From IMG/VR virus record IMGVR_UViG_3300006922_002478, positions 1-32,026 of that record: a DNA stretch of 32,026 nucleotides; one strand, written 5' to 3'. Shown piece by piece: positions 26,004-32,026 of this stretch. The notes beneath the pieces were generated by a model. That model was not told the origin of the DNA and did no database searches. It worked only from the letters and a program-made list of their open reading frames with translations. Position 1 is the first letter of the stretch; each line of letters starts with the position of its first letter. The position numbers were made by a program, and so were the translations under genes. Source of the stretch: a virus (Duplodnaviria > Caudoviricetes).

Positions 26004-26639
26004 ATGATTATTGGAATTTGTGGACTAATCAGTTGCGGTAAAGGTACAGTAGCAGATATTCTAGTTGACGATCACAGCTTTGAAAAAATTAGTTTTGCAG
26101 ACAAACTTAAAGACGCAGTATCTTTAATGTTTGATTGGCCACGTGATATGCTAGAAGGTGAAACTCCAGACAGTCGTTACTGGCGTGAACAAGAAGATAC
26201 ATTTTGGACAAAAGAAACAGGACGTAGTATAACTCCAAGACTAGTATTACAAGAGTTTGGTACTGACTGTATGCGTAACGGATTCTATGATGGCATCTGG
26301 GTGAGTTTTGTTAAAAAGACTATTATTGATAATCCTAATAAGAATTTTGTTATTCCTGATGTACGCTTTGAAAACGAAGTAGAAGTTATTAAAAGTATGG
26401 GTGGAAAAGTTTGGTGCGTTAAACGTGGACCTGATCCTGTATGGTTTAGACAATATCAAGACTTAGGCATTGAACCAACTGATGTACACCCAAGCGAATG
26501 GCGTTGGGCTAAAGCATCATTTGAACATAATATATATAATGAAGGAACTATTGCAGATCTTAAAAGTCAGGTAAAAGGTCGCCTTGTTTCCACTTTGCGC
26601 CTTGCTTCTGCATCAACCGCTGACAGTTCGCACAGATAG
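26004..26639 (+). CDS. deoxynucleoside monophosphate kinase (T4 gp1-like)
   Basis: IIGICGLISCGKGT P-loop, SFADKLKD, TPRLVLQEFGTD, IWV, VIPDVRFENE, HPSE. Confidence 0.9.
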   Translation: MIIGICGLISCGKGTVADILVDDHSFEKISFADKLKDAVSLMFDWPRDMLEGETPDSRYWREQEDTFWTKETGRSITPRLVLQEFGTDCMRNGFYDGIWVSFVKKTIIDNPNKNFVIPDVRFENEVEVIKSMGGKVWCVKRGPDPVWFRQYQDLGIEPTDVHPSEWRWAKASFEHNIYNEGTIADLKSQVKGRLVSTLRLASASTADSSHR

Positions 26640-26898
26640 TTTTTAAGTTACTACGCAACGTATTATTTAGATCACCGTCAATGTGGTAAACATTAAACTG
26701 CTCTTTATAAGTACTATGATAGTTACATTTTTCACAAGTATCTAACTGTCTATAACCAGCACGATGCCATTTAGGTATACCCCACATTTTTTTGCCGTGA
26801 TGTAAACAAGTATCACACTGCTTACGATAAAACGTTTTACCGTTCTTTTTATAGTTTACCGCCGCAGGCCGGTATCCGCATTCGCATAAAGGTCTCAT
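26560..26898 (-). CDS. Zn-finger / degenerate HNH-fold protein
   Basis: CxC..CxxC N-terminus. CEKC..VYHIDGDLNN...NLKTICANCQ resembles HNH (HHIDG..N..NL..LC.NCH). Confidence 0.65.
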   Translation of the reverse strand: MRPLCECGYRPAAVNYKKNGKTFYRKQCDTCLHHGKKMWGIPKWHRAGYRQLDTCEKCNYHSTYKEQFNVYHIDGDLNNTLRSNLKTICANCQRLMQKQGAKWKQGDLLPDF

Positions 26899-26902
26899 AT
26901 TG

Positions 26903-26909
26903 TATTTAC
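26903..26909 (-). promoter_or_regulatory. late-type box GTAAATA 4 nt before the HNH-like ATG
   Basis: Minus strand GGTAAATACAATATG; TAAATACAATATG also occurs at 7862-7874 on the plus strand. Confidence 0.6.
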
Positions 26910-26965
26910 CTGCCCTTTGTGGTACCTTTTTATGGGGGTTTTGATATATGTTTTTGAAGAAATCA

Positions 26966-26973
26966 TATAAATA
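26966..26973 (+). promoter_or_regulatory. T4 late promoter TATAAATA
   Basis: Exact T4 gp55 consensus upstream of AGGAG and the sheath ATG. Confidence 0.85.
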
Positions 26974-27005
26974 CTTTTAACAGTTGTTATAACAGGAGAA
27001 CTTAA

Positions 27006-30000
27006 ATGGCTTTAATATCACCAGGTGTACAAGTTAGCGTAATTGACGAGAGTTTTTACACACCAGCAGAACCAGGTACTACTCCAATGCTTTTTGTTGC
27101 TTCAAAGCAAGACAAACAAAACGCGGCAGGAACAGGTACAGCAAGAGGTACTACAAAGGCAAATGCCGGAGTACCATTTTTAATTACATCACAAAGAGAT
27201 TTATCAGACACGTTCGGAGATCCATACTTCCAAACAGATGCTAGTAACAATCCAGTAAACGGCGGCGAACTAAACGAATACGGTTTACAAGCGGCATATT
27301 CATATTTGGGTGTTAGTAACAGAGCATTTGTTGTAAGAGCAGATGTTGATCTAGACGAATTAAGCCCAAGTGCAAATGCACCAGCGGCTAATCCAGCAAA
27401 CGGAACATATTGGTTTGACACAGCATTAACAAAATACGGAATATTTGAGTGGAACGGCAATGCCGTAACTGTTACTGGTGGACAGTCATTCACTAATAAA
27501 GTTCCATTAGTTATTACAAACAAATCTAACTTAGTTGGCGAAACTAACACAGGCGCTCCGAAAGGTGCAGTAGGTGCAGTAGGCGACTATGCAGTAGTAA
27601 CAACAACTACTACTAATAAAGTATACTACAAAAACTCTTCAGGAGCATGGGTCAAAGTAGGATCAGCTGATTGGGTTAAGAGTTGGCCAACTGTAACAGG
27701 TACTTCAACAGGTACTCATACAACTGGACACACTATTGTAATTAACGGCACAACGTTAGCGGCAACAGGAACTACAGTAACACAGTATGCGGCTGATATT
27801 ACAGGCGCAGGTATTACAGGTGTAACTGCAAGTGTTGTAGACGGAAAATTAAACATTTTTGGTGACGGTTCAAACACAACTGACGGATCAACAGATGATG
27901 ACGGTGCGATTGCTATTTCAGCAGGTGCTTCAGGTACATTGTTAGCAGACTTAGGTTTAACAGCAGGTACTTACTACTCACCAGCATTTGAAATTGCTCC
28001 ACACACAGCAGTTCCAGGATTTAAAACAGCAGATACTAAAACAAGACCTACAGGTAGTGTTTGGTTTAAAACAACTGACGCTAATTTAGGTGTACAAATG
28101 AAAGTTAAAGCATTTAATAGTACAACTAAGTTATGGGAAGACAAACCAGCTCCTGTTTACAAGACACACCAAGATGCTATCTTTAATTTAGATAAAACAA
28201 CTGGTGGACTTGGACTTGCATTAGGACAGTTATATGTACAAGCACACACAACTGAAGCAGAAAATGAAGAATTTGATTTTACAATTTTTGCAAGAAACAG
28301 TTCAACTGCAACTTCGATTACTTCAAGTGCAGTAGCAACACAGTTAAGCAGTCAGTCATATGGTTTCCAAATGTCAGAGAGTATTGTTGGACAAGCGGCT
28401 ATGTCAACAGGCAAAGCATTAAGCGTAACAGCAACTGGCGCGGCAAGTGATGCAGACTTAATTGCTAATGCAATTAATGCGGCAGGATTTGTTAACATTG
28501 TTGCAAGCGTAGACGCAAGTAACAGAGTTATTATCCAGCACAACGATGGCGGAGAAATCCACATTAAAGATACAAACGGTGCATTAGGATTAATTGGCTT
28601 TGCGGCATTTAACTACACAACAAAAGCAGGTACTGCAAACTTATATGCGGCACCAACAGGTGATTCAACTTATGACTTCCACGCTTCAAACTGGAAGATC
28701 TTAACACAAACTGCAAGTGCAGATGCTCCAACAGCATTAACAACTGATGGTGCATTATGGTACAACAGTATTGTTGACGAAGTTGATATTATGGTACACG
28801 ATGGTAATACATGGAAAGGTTATCAGAACGTTTACAGTTCAGCTGATCCACTAGGACCAATTGTTAGTGCTACAGAACCAACTACACAACAAGATGGTTC
28901 ATCTGCACTAGTAACAGGTGATATTTGGGTATCAACAGCAGACTTAGAAAACTATCCACAAGTACACAAATATAATTCAGACTTAGCAAAATGGTTAGCA
29001 TTAGACGAAGGCGACCAAACATCAGAAGATGGTATTTTATTTGCTGATGCACGTTATGGTACAAGTGGCGGTACAGCTACAGTAGCACCAAGCGGAACTA
29101 TTGCAGAACTGTTAGTTAGTGATCACTTAGACACTGACGCACCAGATCCTGCACTATATCCAAAAGGAATGTTGCTTTGGAACTTACGTAGAAGCGGATT
29201 TAACGTTAAGAAATTTGTACGCAATCATGTAGATGTTACTCAGGACAATATTAGAATGGGTGATGTGAGCATGGCGGCATACTATCCACACAGATGGATA
29301 ACTGAATCAGCTAACCAAGTTGATGGTTCAGGTAGCTTTGGACGTAAAGCACAGCGTAAAGTTATTGTACAAGCATTACAAGCAATGGTTAACAGTAACC
29401 AAGACATTAGAGATGATGAGTCTAGATTGTTTAACGTTATGGCAACTCCAAGTTATCCAGAACTATTTGGTGAAATGGTTGCACTTAACAATGATAGAGG
29501 CTTAACAGCATTTATCGTAGGTGACAGTCCAGTAAGATTACAAAGTGACGGAACTACATTAAATAATTGGGGTTCAAACACAGCACTAGCAGTTGAAGAT
29601 AATGACAACGGTGCAGTAACTAGAGACGAATATTTAGGTATGTTCTACCCTAGCTTGTTTACAAGTGATAATGCAGGTAACAACGTAGTTGTTCCACCAA
29701 GTCACGGTATTCTAAGAACACTAGCATTAAGCGATCAAGTATCGTTTCCATGGTTTGCTCCAGCAGGAACAAGACGTGGTGGAATTACAAATGCAAGTGC
29801 GGCAGGATATGTAGATGCAGAAGGCGAATTTAAGTCAATTGCACTTAATGAAGGACAGCGTGATACACTTTATGCTAACAACATTAACCCAATTACATTC
29901 CTAACAGGAGCAGGACTTGTTAACTTTGGTCAAAAGACAAGAGCAAAGAACGCAAGTGCATTAGACAGAATCAACGTAGCAAGACTAGTAATTTACTTGA

Positions 30001-30281
30001 GATCACAACTTAAGAAACTTGCTAAACCTTACATCTTTGAACCAAACGATAAAATCACACGTGATGAGATCAAGGCGCAAGCAGACAGCTTAATGCTAGA
30101 GCTAGTGTCACAAAGAGCGTTGTATGACTTCCTAGTTGTATGTGATGAGTCTAATAATACTCCAAGCAGAATTGATAGAAATGAACTATACTTAGACATA
30201 GCTATTGAACCTGTTAAAGCAGTAGAGTTTATTTACATTCCGCTGAGATTGAAAAATACAGGCGAAATTAGTGGACTATAA
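27006..30281 (+). CDS. tail sheath protein (T4 gp18-like), enlarged
   Basis: MALISPGVQVSVIDES N-terminus. C-terminal PWFAPAGTRRG, RDTLYANNINPI, GQKT..SALDRINVARL, FEPND, VVCDESNNTP..IDRNEL..DIAIEPVKAVEFIYIP. Confidence 0.97.
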   Translation: MALISPGVQVSVIDESFYTPAEPGTTPMLFVASKQDKQNAAGTGTARGTTKANAGVPFLITSQRDLSDTFGDPYFQTDASNNPVNGGELNEYGLQAAYSYLGVSNRAFVVRADVDLDELSPSANAPAANPANGTYWFDTALTKYGIFEWNGNAVTVTGGQSFTNKVPLVITNKSNLVGETNTGAPKGAVGAVGDYAVVTTTTTNKVYYKNSSGAWVKVGSADWVKSWPTVTGTSTGTHTTGHTIVINGTTLAATGTTVTQYAADITGAGITGVTASVVDGKLNIFGDGSNTTDGSTDDDGAIAISAGASGTLLADLGLTAGTYYSPAFEIAPHTAVPGFKTADTKTRPTGSVWFKTTDANLGVQMKVKAFNSTTKLWEDKPAPVYKTHQDAIFNLDKTTGGLGLALGQLYVQAHTTEAENEEFDFTIFARNSSTATSITSSAVATQLSSQSYGFQMSESIVGQAAMSTGKALSVTATGAASDADLIANAINAAGFVNIVASVDASNRVIIQHNDGGEIHIKDTNGALGLIGFAAFNYTTKAGTANLYAAPTGDSTYDFHASNWKILTQTASADAPTALTTDGALWYNSIVDEVDIMVHDGNTWKGYQNVYSSADPLGPIVSATEPTTQQDGSSALVTGDIWVSTADLENYPQVHKYNSDLAKWLALDEGDQTSEDGILFADARYGTSGGTATVAPSGTIAELLVSDHLDTDAPDPALYPKGMLLWNLRRSGFNVKKFVRNHVDVTQDNIRMGDVSMAAYYPHRWITESANQVDGSGSFGRKAQRKVIVQALQAMVNSNQDIRDDESRLFNVMATPSYPELFGEMVALNNDRGLTAFIVGDSPVRLQSDGTTLNNWGSNTALAVEDNDNGAVTRDEYLGMFYPSLFTSDNAGNNVVVPPSHGILRTLALSDQVSFPWFAPAGTRRGGITNASAAGYVDAEGEFKSIALNEGQRDTLYANNINPITFLTGAGLVNFGQKTRAKNASALDRINVARLVIYLRSQLKKLAKPYIFEPNDKITRDEIKAQADSLMLELVSQRALYDFLVVCDESNNTPSRIDRNELYLDIAIEPVKAVEFIYIPLRLKNTGEISGL

Positions 30282-30284
30282 TCA

Positions 30285-30292
30285 GATAAATA
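30285..30292 (+). promoter_or_regulatory. late promoter box GATAAATA before tail tube
   Basis: Intergenic, followed by AGGAG and ATG 30312. Confidence 0.7.
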
Positions 30293-30311
30293 AAAGTAAC
30301 AGGAGCATATA

Positions 30312-30941
30312 ATGGCAATTTCAACACTTTCAAAATTAACAGTACCTTTAGATAGTAACGCAAGTGCATCTAATCAGGGGTTGTTAATGCCCAAACTACA
30401 GTATCGCTTTAGAGTGAGCTTAGAAAACTTTGGTGTATCGAGTCCGTCAACAGAGCTAACAAAACAAGTTATGGACGTAACAAGACCTAGCGTTAGTTTT
30501 GATCAAATGACGGTTGATATTTACAACTCCAGAGTTTATCTTGCTGGTAAGCATACTTGGGAACCAATTACACTTAACTTGCGTGAAGATGTTAGCAACA
30601 ACGTACAGAAAATGGTTGGCGAACAACTTCAGAAACAGTTTGATTTCTTTGAGCAATCTAGTGCGGCAAGTGGTGCAGACTACAAGTTTGTAACTAGAAT
30701 TGAAATCTTAGACGGTGGTAACGGAGCAAATGCGGCAACAGTATTAGAAACATTTGAATTATACGGTTGTTACTTAGAAAGTACTAACTATAACACACTA
30801 AACTATGCAACTTCTGAAGTTGTAACAGTAGCGTTAACAATTAGATACGATAATGCAATACAATCACCACAAGGTACAGGCTTAGGAACAGCAGTAGGTA
30901 GAACAATTAATACTGCTATCACAGGCGGTGGCGCTATCTAA
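30312..30941 (+). CDS. tail tube protein (T4 gp19-like)
   Basis: Directly after sheath. PKLQYRFRV, RP.VSF, YLAGKHTWEPITL.LRED, FELYGC, LNY..SE.V...LTIRYDNA. Confidence 0.88.
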   Translation: MAISTLSKLTVPLDSNASASNQGLLMPKLQYRFRVSLENFGVSSPSTELTKQVMDVTRPSVSFDQMTVDIYNSRVYLAGKHTWEPITLNLREDVSNNVQKMVGEQLQKQFDFFEQSSAASGADYKFVTRIEILDGGNGANAATVLETFELYGCYLESTNYNTLNYATSEVVTVALTIRYDNAIQSPQGTGLGTAVGRTINTAITGGGAI

Positions 30942-30960
30942 GCAAAGCAAAATTTAAATT

Positions 30961-30985
30961 AAGGGGCATTTATGTCCCTTTTTTT
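30961..30985 (+). terminator. Rho-independent terminator
   Basis: AAGGGGCA-TTTA-TGTCCCTT stem-loop (one G:U) followed by a T run, after the tube gene. Confidence 0.8.
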
Positions 30986-31019
30986 ATGACTGAATTATCT
31001 ACCTACTTTATTAAAAAGG

Positions 31020-31026
31020 CTAAATA
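31020..31026 (+). promoter_or_regulatory. late-type box CTAAATA 5 nt before ATG
   Basis: GGCTAAATATTAGTATG, with no SD between box and ATG. Confidence 0.6.
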
Positions 31027-31031
31027 TTAGT

Positions 31032-32026
31032 ATGAGCTTTTTAAACGGATTTTTAGACAACGTTGTATCAGGGGCATTAAGCCCTAAAGGCAACCTTGGA
31101 GACTACCAACATGCCGCGAGGCTATTTGTTGATGATCATCACAGATTAACACCAAAGGTAAAGTTTCTTTATCATGTTACATTTAACATAAACAGACAAG
31201 CGGCGGCAGTAATTCCTCAATTAGCAGAAAAGCATTTGAATGAACTTAACATGCTTGTTAAGTCTGCACAGTTACCAGCATACAACATTCAAACAGATGT
31301 TAAACATCAATACAATAGAAAAAGAGTTGTACAAAAGCGTATTGATTATCAACCAGTTACTATTGGTTTACATGATGATAATATGGGTGTTACAACTGCT
31401 ATGTGGGAAGCATACTATAGATACTACTATAGAGATGGTAATTATGCGGCTACTAAGCCAGCAGGTGCACCAGAGTCTGGATCAGCATTACCTGAATATA
31501 ATAAAGGTAATTCGTACGGAGGATTAAACCAACCACAATACAGATACGGTCTTGACAACGATAGTTTTGCTCCATTTTTTGATAGTATTACTATCACTCA
31601 AATGGCTCGGAAGAATTACACATCATTTCAATTAATAAATCCAATAATTAGTCAATGGCAACATGATACTATGGACAACAGTGTAAGTGATCCTGTACAA
31701 AGTACAATGACAATTGATTATGAAACAGTTCATTACAGTAGAGGCCCAATTGGTAACGGCGGACCTAAAGGTTTTGCAGAAGAGCATTATGATAAGACAC
31801 CAAGTCCAAACTCATTAGCAGGAGGCGGTGCTTCAAGTCTACTAGGAGTAGGTGGAGTATTAGCAGGAGGCTTTGGAGTATTAAGTGATATTACTGGTGG
31901 TACAGCAAACTTTGGTACAGTATTAAAAGCGGCAAACACAATAAAAAATGCAGGTGGATTAAATACTGCTGGTGTTCAAGGTGAATTACTAGGTAGCGTA
32001 GTTAGTAGTATTGGAAAAACAGCAGG
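31032..32026 (+). CDS. tail-tube-fold / baseplate tube-initiator-like protein (3' truncated; missing from ORF track)
   Basis: Open frame MSFLNGFLDN...PKVKFLYHVTF...LVKSAQLP.YN...QYNRKRVVQKRIDYQPVTIGLHDDN...LINPIISQWQHDTMD..TMTIDYE runs off the window. Motif order parallels gp19. Confidence 0.7.
   Translation, partial: MSFLNGFLDNVVSGALSPKGNLGDYQHAARLFVDDHHRLTPKVKFLYHVTFNINRQAAAVIPQLAEKHLNELNMLVKSAQLPAYNIQTDVKHQYNRKRVVQKRIDYQPVTIGLHDDNMGVTTAMWEAYYRYYYRDGNYAATKPAGAPESGSALPEYNKGNSYGGLNQPQYRYGLDNDSFAPFFDSITITQMARKNYTSFQLINPIISQWQHDTMDNSVSDPVQSTMTIDYETVHYSRGPIGNGGPKGFAEEHYDKTPSPNSLAGGGASSLLGVGGVLAGGFGVLSDITGGTANFGTVLKAANTIKNAGGLNTAGVQGELLGSVVSSIGKTA

Noticed and set aside
26909-26945. C-rich then G-rich runs between the HNH-like gene and sheath promoter
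   Set aside because: No convincing stem could be paired by eye, and it sits between divergent starts where a terminator is not expected.
31240-31527. 95-aa plus-strand ORF
   Set aside because: Out-of-frame shadow of the real gene starting at 31032, which the track missed because it has no stop in the window.
1-32026. Stop-codon recoding (TAG/TGA) as in some large phages
   Set aside because: Genes are full-length under code 11, and TAG and TGA end genes at sensible coupled junctions.
1-32026. CRISPR array, tRNA, intron/intein or diversity-generating retroelement
   Set aside because: Intergenic gaps are all under about 110 bp, and no spaced repeats, reverse transcriptase or interrupted genes were seen.

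Overview
AT-rich window from a large T4-like (myovirus) bacteriophage genome, probably aquatic; the host cannot be determined from this sequence. The right part (22.3-32 kb) is the neck/tail module: gp15-like tail completion, gp14 and gp13 neck proteins (divergent), dNMP kinase, a degenerate HNH/Zn-finger protein, an enlarged gp18 tail sheath, gp19 tail tube and a truncated tube-like/baseplate gene. The centre (7.9-16.4 kb) is a cassette of four fibre/baseplate-like genes, including a gp9/gp10-like protein ending in a cupredoxin-type motif and a 1980-aa repeat protein. Two converging blocks of tailoring enzymes bracket this cassette: five 2OG-Fe(II)/cupin-type oxygenases, a NodU/CmcH carbamoyltransferase, three flavin-dependent halogenases, an SGNH-like protein and an ADP-heptose pathway (gmhB, hldE, hldD, plus a cupin isomerase; no gmhA). 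Regulatory signals are readable: T4-late-like (A)TAAATA boxes, several only 4-8 nt before an ATG with no Shine-Dalgarno, two near-perfect sigma70 promoters and a terminator. Best candidates for new biology: a virion-linked halogenation/hydroxylation/carbamoylation/heptose system, and a 74-aa Ctr-like His/Met/Cys membrane protein paired with a cupredoxin-tipped structural protein. All calls come from motif recognition by eye; no searches were run.
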